A stretch of DNA of 64,000 nt, taken from the human T2T-CHM13v2.0 reference genome, Homo sapiens. The notes under the pieces were generated by a model. The model ran no database searches, was not told where the DNA came from, and saw only the letters and a program-made list of their open reading frames with translations. The stretch lies in NCBI RefSeq assembly GCF_009914755.1, contig NC_060934.1; one strand, given 5' to 3'. Shown one piece after another: positions 1-12,089 of this stretch. Within the stretch, counting starts at the first letter, position 1. Each line of letters opens with the position of its first letter. A program made the position numbers and the translations under genes.

Positions 1-804
1 CCTTTACAACATCATAGGGGCCAAAGAGGGTTGGCAGGATTATGAGCAGTTGGCCTAGTCTGAGAGGCTCTCTAAAAGCCTAAAGTCTGTAGGCAGGTGC
101 TCAGCTTTGTATCTCCATAAGAAGGGAAGAGGATGTGAGGATCCTGTCAGGGCTAGGTCCACCTGGGAAGTGACAATTGGAACACTCCCAGACCTCTCTG
201 GGCAACTCTGGGTGTACATTTTCCTCTGTTCCTCAAGAGCTATTATGAATTTCATCATCCATTATGCTGATAGGCCTGGGGACTGACACATAGTAAGCCC
301 ATAACAATTATAATTTAAAACTAATTTGTTATATAGCATAATTGATATATTTTAAAATGCAAAACTATAATTCAACTAAAATATACAAGGCACTCAAGTC
401 ATACCATGTTTTAAGTAGCTTACAAGGTGATCAGCAAGTGTCTTATACAACAAGCAAATTTGTTCAAAGAGAAGCATTGCAAATAAGTATTTATAATTGT
501 ATAGTTTTATATTTTAGCCAGAAGAGTGGAATCCTTTAGCAATGGGGGAAATAAAAGAATGTTTAATTACAGTTGCAGATAATTGCCTTTTCCAAAGACA
601 ATGTATGTAGGCAGAACTCATACCTGTTAATATTAAAAATCTTGGTTTATCATATTTGGAGAACAAGGGAAATAAAAAGTTTGCATATTAAGATTATTTA
701 AACTAAAGTTAAGGAATCTCTAATGTCTGAAAGAAACAATAAATAGCATTTTTCATGTAGAATTTTTATTGGTGAAGGTTCCACCTGGCCAGGTTAGTAA
801 AATA

Positions 805-1127
805 CAGTCACACATCAGTTAAGGATGGGGATATATTCTGAGAAATGTATCATTAGGCAATTTTGTCATTGTGTAAACATCATAGAGTGACACACAAACC
901 TAGATGGTACAGCCTACTGTGCACCTGGGCTCTATGGTATGGCCTGTTGCTCCTAGGCTACAAACCTGGGCAGCATGTGACTGTACTGACTACTGTAGGC
1001 AGTTGTAACACAGTGGTAAACATTTGTGTATCGAAACATAGAAAAGGCGTAGCAAAAATACAGTATTGTGGAACCACTGCCATATACGTGGTCCATCCTT
1101 GACTGAACATCATGCGGCATGTGGCTG
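805..1127. mobile_element. Tigger3a/MER7A-like non-autonomous DNA transposon (TcMar-Tigger)
   Basis: TA|cagtca...ggctg|TA termini; internal 'cacaaacctagatggtacagcctac...ctcctaggctacaaacctg' matches the recalled Tigger3a consensus. Confidence 0.85.
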
Positions 1128-1284
1128 TATGTATACACATAGTTTTTGCTGTGAGTTTGCATCCATCTCATAGGAAGACATATATCAAAATAAGGACCAG
1201 ACTGGAGAGTGTGTAAATTACTTTTCAATACTAATGGCTTATTAATTTGATATTGTCAGCAAGTATGTTGCAAAAACAAATTCC

Positions 1285-1385
1285 ACCAGAATGTGAGTTC
1301 CATGAGAGCAGGAACTGGGTTGTTCACCTTGTTGGCACTTGGAGTAGAGCCACTGAGCTTCGTGCTGCATAAAATTGCTTGGAAG
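1285..1385 (+). mobile_element. L2 3'-end fragment
   Basis: 'ccagaatgtgagttccatgagagcagg' is typical of the L2 3' end. Confidence 0.5.
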
Positions 1386-2329
1386 AAAGAAGGGAGGGCA
1401 TTCCAGGTAACTGAAGCATTGCTATGCAAAGTAAGCATTTGCCCTCTGAAATATTTTAACAATGTTTATAGAAACCTTTCTCAATTGTATTAAACTTTGT
1501 AAATTGTAAAAATTATTCTGTTATACCTTTTCTATTTACTAGGCACAGGCAGCCATAGGTGCTAGGTATGTTTTGAAAACATATTGAACCTACAGTGTAC
1601 ATATCATTCCATGCCATTAAATATTCTTATTTAATCATAGATGTGTTCAGGTGTGTTTGGTTTCCTATTTGTGGATGTACTAGATTGTTTTCTTTTTTTA
1701 ACAAAACCTGTGAACTTGCTTTAAGTATTATCATTTGGTGACATGCCCGCCATTTCAGAAATAAATGTTTGAGCAAAGAGGAAAGCCACCGGGTCTGATT
1801 CAGCTCTCTGGAGGCTCCAGAGCTTACCTCGCTGATGGGAAAAAGAGCATCGATTTAATTGCCCTTGGTACCGACTTCTAGTATCTAGTATTTTGCCAGA
1901 CTCAGGTATTTCTTAAAGCCATTATTCAGAGTCTTCAGCAAGGACATTGTATTTTACTTGTGTCTCCTTAGTTTTACCTAGTTTATTTCATGGTTTTAAA
2001 GTATTGTACATTTTTATAATCCTTTAACAAGACAAAAGGTTGAGATGTTGGACATTTAAATGCCAAAGGTGTTTTATTATGAGACTTAGCATTTCATATT
2101 TGGGGATGGTACCTTATCGAAAATCAGATAAACTTTGGTTGGATGGGTATTTGGAGGAATCTTTTAAGTCTTTTCTTAAGCAAAGTTTGGACACTCTAAA
2201 ATAAGGTTGCCAACTGGCATGTAGAGAGAAAAGGATGTGTCATACATTTAGACCAGGTGGCCTGTCCTGTAAATTTTTTTGAGGGGAGGGGTGGGCTTGT
2301 TTTTTTCTGTGTTTCGGTTTTTTCCAATT

Positions 2330-3358
2330 TTTGTTTTGTGATAAAATATGCATAATAAAACTTATTTTATCAATTTTTAATTGTATGAGTCAGTGGCATT
2401 ACCTTCACAGTGCTGTTGCAGCCATCTTCAGAGCCTTTCCATCATCCTAAACTGAAACTTTGTACCCACTAAACTACATCTTCTCATTCCCTCCTTCCCC
2501 CAGCCCCTGCAACCACCATTTTGTTTTCTGTCTCTGACTACTCTAGATACTTTTGCAAATGGAATCATACAATATTTGTCTTTTTGTGTCTTGTTTATTT
2601 CACTTAGCATACTGTCTTCAAGGTGTGTCCAGTTGCAGCATGTGTCAGAATTTCCTTCCCTTTTAAGGCTGAATAATATTCCCAGTGAATGTCTTTACCA
2701 CACGTTGCTTATCCATTCATCTGCTGATGGATGTGTGGGCTGTTGGGAATAATGTTGCTTGAACATTGGTGTGTAAATATCTGTGTGAGTCTCTGCTTTC
2801 AGTTCTGTGTGTAAAAGTGGAATTGCTGGGTCAAATGTCATTCTGTGTTTAATTGTGTGAGGAACTGCCACACTGTATCCACAGTTGCTGTGGATTCCTT
2901 ACATTTCTTCTAGCAATATGTACAAGGGTTTCAATTTCTCCACAGCCTAGACCACCCTCATTACTCTGTTTTTTTGTTGGTTGGTTGATTGGTTTCTTAA
3001 AAAACAGGCATCCTAGTGTGAAGTTGCATCTCGTTGTGATCTGTATGTTGGGAATGACTAGTGATGTTGAGCATCTTTCTGTGTGCTTATTGGCTATCTA
3101 TAGACCTTCTTTGGAGAAATGTCTATTCAAGTCCTTTGAATCAGATTTTTTTGTTGTTGAATTGTAGGAGTTCTTTTTATATTCTGGATATTCAACCGTT
3201 ATCAGATAAACCATTCACAAATATTTTCTCTCATTCTTTGGGATGTCTTTTCACTCTGATAGTGTCCTTTGATGGGCAAAGGTTTTTTAATTTTGAAGTC
3301 CAATTTATTTTTTCTTTTGTTGCCTGTGCTTTTAGTGTCATAGCCAAGAAATAACCAA
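2330..3358 (-). mobile_element. L1MB-type LINE-1 3' portion (ORF2 C-terminus and 3'UTR)
   Basis: L1MB hallmarks 'ggaatcatacaatatttgtcttttt', 'ttttaaggctgaataatattcc', 'tggagaaatgtctattcaagtcc'; ORF 2428..2610 MLSEINKTQKDKYCMIP is the L1 ORF2 C-terminal remnant. Confidence 0.85.
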
Positions 3359-3449
3359 ATTATTGTTTAGTTTTTTAAAAGTATTTATGCGATTATTTGG
3401 CTGATACCTGTCTCTAATGATTGACGGCACTTCTTGAGGGTGGCTTTTA

Positions 3450-3730
3450 AACATGCAAATTTGATGTCACTTTCCGAGGCTCCTTCCATGGCTTCCCTTT
3501 GCTTCTAGGCCGCAGCCCTTGTCCTTGCTGCTGCTCTGGCCCCTGCCCTCCTCTAGGGCCTCTCTTCTGCTGCCTCCAGCTCTGGCCACAGTGGCCTTTC
3601 ATTCGTCGGTGCACTTGCCTGGGGTCCTCAACACATGCAGTTCCCTCTGCCTGGAATGCGGCAGCTCCTCCGCCCCCTCCCGGCCTCCACCTCCTCGCTG
3701 CTCCTTCTGAGGCTGGCCCTGAGACCACTG
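3450..3730 (+). mobile_element. Degraded L2 fragment
   Basis: 'ccttccatggcttccc', 'gcagttccctctgcctggaatg' L2 motifs. Confidence 0.45.
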
Positions 3731-3796
3731 GTCGGTGCGGCCTTCCCTGGACCCTCTCCGAACTCCCCAGTACTCCTCCAAACTTTTCTCCAATAA

Positions 3797-4140
3797 ACCA
3801 GTGGCACTCAGTTGTGCTGTCCAGGGACCCCTGGGATTTTCACGACCCCTGTCGGCGGCTGGGTGAGGTCAAGAATGTTTCATGACAATAAGGAGATGTT
3901 ATTGACCTCTTTTCACTGGAAGTGGGAGCGTCTTGCGGGGGGGCAGCGGGCTGAGGATGCGGCTGTGTTAGGACGTGACAGCTCGCACAACTGAAGCACC
4001 GCCACTTTCCCACAATTTTTTTTTTTTTTTTTTGCTTTGGAAAACATTTCTCAAGAAAATATGCGACTTATGTTACCATGTAATGGGCTTGCTTCTGTTA
4101 TTTTAAAACAAACTAATAAGTCTCCTAAATGTTTCTCGGC
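3797..4140. mobile_element. hAT-Charlie fragments (Charlie1/MER20-like)
   Basis: 'gaggtcaagaatgtttcatgacaataaggagatgttattg' and 'ttatgttaccatgtaatggg' resemble Charlie1 segments. Confidence 0.35.
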
Positions 4141-4179
4141 TTTATTTTTTGTTGTTATGGTTCCTTTTCTTCTGTTTCC

Positions 4180-4400
4180 CCCAGCTTTATGAAGGTGTAA
4201 TTGACAAACTTGCATATCTTTACTGCTCACAGCGTGCTGTTTTGCTGCATGTGTGCCCTGTGGAACGCTTCGTGGCGCTGCTGCAAACCTCCATCACCTA
4301 GTGCTGTGAGGGCCCCTGGGATCCGCTCTCCCAGCTCTGCGCCCTCTACCCCCTGCTGTGCCTGAGGCCCCCCCACCTCCCTCGGACCCGCGCCCGCCGC
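4180..4400 (-). mobile_element. L1MA/L1MB 3' end, strongly GC-shifted
   Basis: 'cagctttatgaaggtgtaattgacaaa', 'tccatcacct' and 'gtgagggcccctgggatccgctctcccagc' are collinear with the recalled L1MA/MB 3' end. Confidence 0.6.
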
Positions 4401-4820
4401 TGGAACCGCACCCATGGCCCGCGCCCCGTCCCCGACCCGGCTTTAGTTTCCACCCACACGAAGAAACTCAGCCTCGGTCCTGTTTAGGCACGGAAAGGGC
4501 TGGAGAACCGCGTCCTTCCGAGGCGCCCCCAGCGCGGCTCCCCACGGCGTGCAGGACCCGGGACTGTCGCGCCGCGCCCGGGGACGCACAGGAGGTGGGA
4601 CCCCGGAGCGAAGCCCCTGCAGCGTCCCGGGCTGGACGTGGCCCTGCACCCCCGGCTGCTGGGCGGGCCGGGGCATGTACGAGATCGCGCGCTTTACAAA
4701 CTGTCGGTCGTTCTGGGAAAGTTAAAGAACGCGCTGCAGCTACTTCACCTGCTGCTGAAAGGAGCCCGGGCAGGGCTGGTCACTCCGCGCCACGCCCCGC
4801 GCGCCAACACCGGAAGGTGA
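4265..4820. promoter_or_regulatory. Orphan CpG island 1
   Basis: Very GC-rich with dense CpG (e.g. 'gtcgcgccgcgcccgggg', 'gatcgcgcgc', 'ccgcgccacgccccgcgcgcc'); GC-box-like GGGCGG; no associated exon recognised. Confidence 0.75.
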
Positions 4821-4858
4821 ATGTTCAGAACATTTTTATCATTTAAAGCCAGTATATT

Positions 4859-5116
4859 GGCTGGGCACAGTGGCTCACACCTGTAATCCCAGCTACCTGG
4901 GAGTCCGAGGCAGGAAGATCCGATTGAGCCCAGGAGTTCCAGAGCACCCTGGGCAACATGACAAGACCCTATCTCTACAAAAAAAAAAAAAAAAAGCCGA
5001 GAGTGGTGGCGCGCACCTGTGGTCCCAGCAACTCGGGAGGCTGAGGCAGGAGGATGACCTGAGTTCAGTAGGTCTCCAGCCTGGGCGACAGAGCGAGACC
5101 CTGTCCATTAATAAAT
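4859..5116 (+). mobile_element. AluJ with internal deletion in right arm
   Basis: Dimeric Alu, J-type 'ttgagcccaggagtt'; TSD aaagccagt(a/g)ta. Confidence 0.9.
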
Positions 5117-5168
5117 AAAGCCAGTGTACCTAAAATACCATCACAACATGGAATCAGCATAAAAATGA

Positions 5169-5591
<423 letters not shown>

Positions 5592-5799
5592 TAATCTATA
5601 TTTAGATTTCACAGTATTCACAGTTGAAAAAATAGATGTATATCCCCTTGTTTCAAATGTAACTGAACCTAGTCACTTGTTTGAAATTCAAATTAATTAA
5701 AATTAAAAATTTCCAGTTCTCGGCACCAGTTACACATTTCAAGGGCTCAATGGCCCCATGTGGCAGTGGTCCCGTAGAGGACGGCACAGCTCTAGACAT

Positions 5800-6420
5800 G
5801 GTGTAGGAAGTTGGAGAAGGCTTCCTTAGGGAAGCAAGTGACGGTTGAGCCATGACTAGAAGTTGGTTAACTTGGCAAAGGCTGGGAGTTGGGGAAGCAG
5901 AAGAGTGTGTCAAGCACAGGAATGTTATGTGGAAAGGCCTGTGACACAGGGCAGCATGACGCCTGCAAGCCAGCGTAGCTGGAGCCAGGACAGCAGCAGA
6001 GAGTCCTAGGAGCTGGAGAGGAAAATAGAGAGGCAGGGGATGAGGCCGCCTTAAGAGGCTATCTTCATCCCGAGACACCAGGAAGCCCTGGGAGAACATT
6101 TAGCTGGGACAGCGTGGTTAGATTTCCATTTTTCAAAAAGCCCCTTTGCTACTGGGTGGAGATAGTTTGCAGGAAGTTTAGGGGAAGGAGGCACAGAGAG
6201 GGAGAAGTGGTGGGTGCTAGAGCTCTGAGAGGTAACATTGGAGGGGTAGTAGGTCTGGGGGTTGTGAGGAACAAGGGGTTTTCAGGGAGTACCCCAGGGC
6301 CCCCAGGTGTCTGGCTGGGATGCCAGGTGGAGTGATGGGCACCTGTGGGACAGCCAGGCAGAGACATCTGAGGCGGCAGCTGGGGAACTGTCTGGAACTC
6401 CGGTTGATGTGCTACCTGGG
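5800..6420 (-). mobile_element. L2 fragment
   Basis: 'gaaggcttccttagggaag', 'ggaaaggcctg', 'agatttccatttttcaaaaag' L2-like motifs. Confidence 0.55.
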
Positions 6421-6536
6421 CTTAAGATGTACTCCCAAGAGTTACCAACACCTACACTTGGGAGTGGGTGCATTATCCAGGGAGGAGCCAAGGTTGAACA
6501 CAGGTGGGTTTTTGTTCAGCATTTTAAAAAATTTTC

Positions 6537-6651
6537 ATTTTTTTTTGTAGAGACAAGGTCTCATTTTGTTGCCCAGGCTGGCCTCAAGAGATCCTCCTGC
6601 CTTGGCCTCCCAAAGGGCTGGGATTACAGGCGTGAGCCACTGGTCCCAGTC
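6537..6651 (-). mobile_element. Alu monomer (FLAM-like)
   Basis: Single left-arm Alu with T-tail. Confidence 0.85.
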
Positions 6652-6924
6652 TGTTCAGCACTTTTTCCACTAGCTTAGTATCTCCACATACCTCAAAGAG
6701 ATCACCAAGTCCAACTCATACATGCAAACCAGTGCTCAGGAAGTCCACATGATCCTGCTGTGGTTCATTTGACCAAAACTGAGCGGTGGAGCTAAGCAAG
6801 GCTGTTTCACAGAAGCCAGATATATAAGTGTCCTCAATATGGAGGGCAGTCACCATCTCCCAGTGTCTCTGACTGCTGCAGGCACACTTGGCAAACTGTG
6901 CTCAGGTCAGGGATGGTCTGGGTG

Positions 6925-7049
6925 GGGGCTCCAGTTTCTGCCACTCACCAGTGATGTGACTCTGGGCAATGTACAAAATCTCTTGGGTTTTAAGTTTCTT
7001 AGATGGGGATAATAAACCAATCTTGCAGCATGTGAGGATTTAATGAGAC
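6925..7049 (+). mobile_element. MIR
   Basis: 'ctgccactcaccagtgatgtgactctgggcaa...gatggggataataa...tgtgaggatttaatgaga'. Confidence 0.7.
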
Positions 7050-7110
7050 TACAGTTCCCATGAAGGGGATGGGGTGCTGACCTTCCCACACAGTCAAAAA
7101 TCCACATATA

Positions 7111-7405
<295 letters not shown>

Positions 7406-8463
7406 TCCATATATAACTTTCAACTCACCACAACTTTTGTTAATAGCCTACTGTTGGCCAGAAGCCTTACCAATAACATAAACACTCAACACATATTTTG
7501 TATGTGATTTGTATTGTATACTGTATTCTTACAATGAAGTAAGCTACAGAAAAGAAAAAGTACTAATAAAATCATAAGGAAGAGAATGTATTCACTATCA
7601 CTAAATGGAAGTGGATCATCATAAAGGTTTTCATCCATATCATCTTCACATTGAGTAGGCTGAAGAAGAGAAGAGGTTGGTCCTGCCATCTCAGGAATGG
7701 CAGAGGCAGAAAAGGTGGGGGAGATGGGAAGGAAGGCAGGAGACGCACACATGCTGAGAAATTCATCGTTATTTCTGTCTGACATTTTTGCTTTTTCATT
7801 TCTCTAAATATGTTTCTTTGTGATACCAATCCTCCTTCCACCATTTGCTTTAGTTTTGGTGCCCGTACCATAGAAAGGTCCATATGGTAAAAGAAGTCAC
7901 AAGCAGTCTTGAATAATCGGAACCCCTCTGCCAGATTGTCGAATGTCAACTTATTTTCTGGTACTGCGTCTACATCCACTTCTTCATCATCTGGCACTGA
8001 TTCGAAAGCACTCATCTCCATCAAGTGGTCTTCTGTTAATTCCTCTGGTGTGATGTCTATTCACTCTTGAATTTCTCCAAGATCCATATCCTGAAAGCCT
8101 ACATTCCCCACCTTTTTTGCCACAGGCACACTCTCTTTCATGATTTCCTTGATTGGCCCTATTGTAAATCTGGACACAGTTTTCTCCAGTAGGAAGGCTG
8201 GGCACTGAGAGCCTTCGAACCTTCTGCTTCACCTTTTGACATTTAGGGCCCAATTTTAATGCATTTAAATGTTGCCTCCACTCTGAAATGAACATGGGAC
8301 GTCTGTAATGTGTGAAATAGGTGTGTCTCACCCCCTTCATGAATATTCATAGAGCCTTCTATAACCTGTTGAATATGTACATTTAGCCAACCCTTTCAGC
8401 ATAACTTCCTGTCTCACCTTTCTGTCCCTGGAAGTGCCTACTTTTGGTCTTTGCTGGAGGCTA

Positions 8464-8830
<367 letters not shown>

Positions 8831-8866
8831 GAGAGAAAGAAAGAAAGAAAGAAGAAAGAAAGAAAG

Positions 8867-8933
<67 letters not shown>

Positions 8934-8935
8934 AA
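8831..8935. repeat. (GAAA)n microsatellite grown from the Alu tail
   Basis: Long, near-perfect AAAG array. Confidence 0.95.
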
Positions 8936-8946
8936 ATAAGGCTCTT

Positions 8947-9205
8947 GGCCTGGCACAGTGGCTCATGCCTGTAATCTCAGCACTTTAGAAGGTCGAGGTG
9001 GGAGGATTGCTTGAGCTCAAGAGTTCGAGACCAGCTGGGCAAGATAGTGGGACCCCTGTCTCTACAAAAACAAGTTTGAAAATTAGCCAGGCATGGTGGC
9101 ACACACCTGTAGTTCCAGCTACTTGGGAGGCTGAGGTGGGGGATTGCTTGAGCCTGGGAGGTTGAGGCTGCAGTTAGTCATGATTGTGCCACTGTACTTT
9201 AGCCT
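8947..9205 (+). mobile_element. AluJ, 3'-truncated (no tail)
   Basis: J-type 'ggattgcttgagc', 'gttgaggctgcagt'; ends at 'actttagcct'. Confidence 0.88.
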
Positions 9206-9364
9206 CTCCAAATTTGTAGATCTCATAATTTTAAGTCACCATCCTCCACCAGTCTTTCGTTTTAAGTTGTTGTATAATGATATCAGTTTTTCTTGAATCA
9301 TATTAGAATCTATAGATATGCTTTTCTTATAGATATCCTGCACCCACATAAAAGCTGCATTTTC

Positions 9365-9564
9365 TCTATTTCTCTGTCCTTCCTTCCTTCCTTCTTTCTT
9401 CTTCTTCTTTCCCCCCCACCCCCCTACAGAGCCTCGCTTCCAGGCTGGAGTGCAGTTGTGTGATCTTAGGCTTACTTCAGCCTCCACCTCCTGGGCTCAA
9501 GTGATTCTCCTGCCTCGGTCTCCCAAAGTGCTGGGATTAAAGGCATGAGCCACTACATTCAGCC
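9365..9564 (-). mobile_element. Alu monomer (FRAM/FAM-like) with CT-rich tail, inside Tigger2
   Basis: Single Alu arm; TSD aaaagct(g/a)cattt. Confidence 0.75.
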
Positions 9565-10551
9565 AAAAGCTACATTTTCAAGACTAGACAAAAAGGTATT
9601 TGGCAAAAAGAGCAAAGTTTCATGTCTGCTAGCATGGCTGCAGTGATGACACTGTGAATTTCCTTTTCTTTTTTTACAATGGTTCTTACACTGGATTAAT
9701 TTATCTTGAAATGGTGGGCAACCGCAGCTGCAGACCTCAGTCTACAGTACATATCAATCAATCCACCTTTTTCTTGTACTGTCAAGACTTTTCTCTGCTT
9801 TTTGGCAGCACTTCCAGAATCACTAGTGGCACTTCGTACGCGTCTCGATGTCTTCTTCAGATTTATGGTATTGCACTAAACATGAAAAATACATGAGAAC
9901 CACGAGAGATTACTTTTCACTGTGATACACAATCTACTGGAGAGACAAGTGCTCACACGGAGATGGCTAGTGTCACATGGCATTTCAAGTGGACACTCGA
10001 CACCTGAGCTCACTGCAATAGTAGCAGGAGGGGCGACAGAATTACTACAGTAGTACAGTGGGCTCCCATTAATTTATGCAATTATGACTTAATACTGCAT
10101 CTTTACATTTGTTTACATTTCTCTTGACTGAATGGCACCATGTACTGTGTTTGTGTGCATAACTTTTGATAAATTTTAACTGTTTATAGTTGATTTATGT
10201 ATGTTTTATGGTGGTAAATGATAAAAATATGCTAGTATTTTATGCATTCATGACACACCTTTTTCTTAACTTTTTCAATATTTCTAGGCTACAAGGTTCA
10301 TCTGCAAGTTTCTTCAAATGGTTGCAATGCTTACTGCAACCTCCATCTCCTAGGCTCAAGTGATCCTCCTGCCTCAGCCTCCCAAAGTGCTGGGATTACA
10401 AGCATGAGCTACTACATCTGTCCAAAAGCTGCATTTCCAAGACCAGGTAAAAAGGTATTTGGCCAAAAGAGCAAGGTTTCACATCTGCTGGCATGGCTGA
10501 TGTGAAATTTTCTAATACATTTTTCCAATATATTTACTGAAAAAAAAACTG

Positions 10552-10670
10552 GGCCAGGTGTGGTGGTTCATGCCTGTGATCCCAGCAATTTGGGATGCCA
10601 AGGTTGGGAGGGTTACTTGAGTCCTGGAGTTCGAGACCAGCCTGAGCAACATAGCGAGACCCCATGTCTC
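10552..10670 (+). mobile_element. FLAM/AluJ left monomer, tail displaced by an AluS insertion
   Basis: Left-arm Alu; resumes after 10993 ('accccgtgtctatttaag'). Confidence 0.8.
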
Positions 10671-10993
<323 letters not shown>

Positions 10994-11149
10994 AACCCCG
11001 TGTCTATTTAAGAAGATTTAATTTAAAAAAAATTTTTTTAAGAAAAAATCTGTATGTAGGTGGATCCATGTAGTTCAGACTTGTGTTGTTCAAGGGTCAC
11101 AATTGTATCTGTGGTGACTGATACGAAACAGATGACCAAAAAATGATAG

Positions 11150-12070
11150 TTTTATTTCCCCATCTGGTCCCATTTAAAAGAGGTGTTTAGGTCTGAGAAT
11201 TTTCACACGTACAAGGTTCCACAGTCAGGATGCCAAGGAGCTGCACCCCTCTTGCTGGAGTCCAGCCCTCCCCACCCAACCCTGCTGACTGCTGATGCGC
11301 CTTCCATCCCTGTCACACCGTTGTCTCGGGAAGGTTGCGTGAGTGGAGACACACAGCATGGGATCTTTGTAACTGGCTGCTTTCGCTAAGCATCATGTTT
11401 TTCAGATCCACCCCAATGCTCTGTGTGTCAGTGGCGTGTTCCTTTCAATTGTGGAATGGTGTTTGCCTGAACAGGGAGACACAGGTAGTTACCTCTTCAT
11501 CCATGGGAGGACGTGCGGTTGTGTCCAGATTTAGGCGATTATGGATAGAGTTGCTGTAAACATTTGTGCAGAGGTTTTCATGTGAACACAATTTTTCCTT
11601 ACTCCAGGCAAAATCGTTATGGGACTGCTGGGCCATGTGGTTTAACACAACTGTCAGAGTGCTTTCCAGTGGCACCTCACTATGGTTTTGATTTGCATTT
11701 CCCTAATGACTAGTGTTGATGGTCTCTCATAGGCTTGCTGTCTTCCACATACAGCGTCCTCTTCGGTGAGGGTCCAAGTCTTTTACCCACTTTTGTTTGG
11801 ATGGTTTTCTAACTGTTGATTTTGAGAGTTCTTTATATATGTCGGACTACTTTCTTTGTTGGATATGTGGTTTGTAGATATTCTCTCCCAGCCTATAGCT
11901 ATCTTTTCAGCATCTTTTAATAGTCTCTTTTGCAAAGTTATATTTTTTATTTTGATCAAGTCTAATTGATGGATTTTTGCTTTTACATGCATTTGGCATC
12001 ATGTCTAAGACCAATTTCCCTAACCTCAAGTAATGAAGATTTCTTCCTATGTTTTCTTCCAAAACTTTAA
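11150..12070 (-). mobile_element. Old L1 (L1MC/MD-type) 3' portion
   Basis: 'gatttgcatttccctaatgactag', 'ttttgagagttctttatatat'; ORFs 11783..11992 and 11907..12110 resemble L1 ORF2 C-terminus. Confidence 0.8.
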
Positions 12071-12089
12071 ACACTCTCTCTCTCTCTCT

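Noticed and set aside
540-1770. Cluster of AATAAA (550, 671, 738, 1760) as the 3' end of an upstream gene
   Set aside because: Expected by chance in AT-rich DNA; no terminal exon is visible. Cannot be excluded without poly(A)-seq data.
4358-4846. 162-aa Pro/Arg/Ala-rich ORF (also 33800..34429, 47664..48386, 51591..52340)
   Set aside because: Stop-poor GC-rich DNA; no recognisable domain or exon structure; several use non-ATG starts.
7572-8024. Transposase-like ORF as a domesticated TIGD-type gene
   Set aside because: Only a C-terminal fragment; the central region is deleted and the N-terminus is disrupted by Alus.
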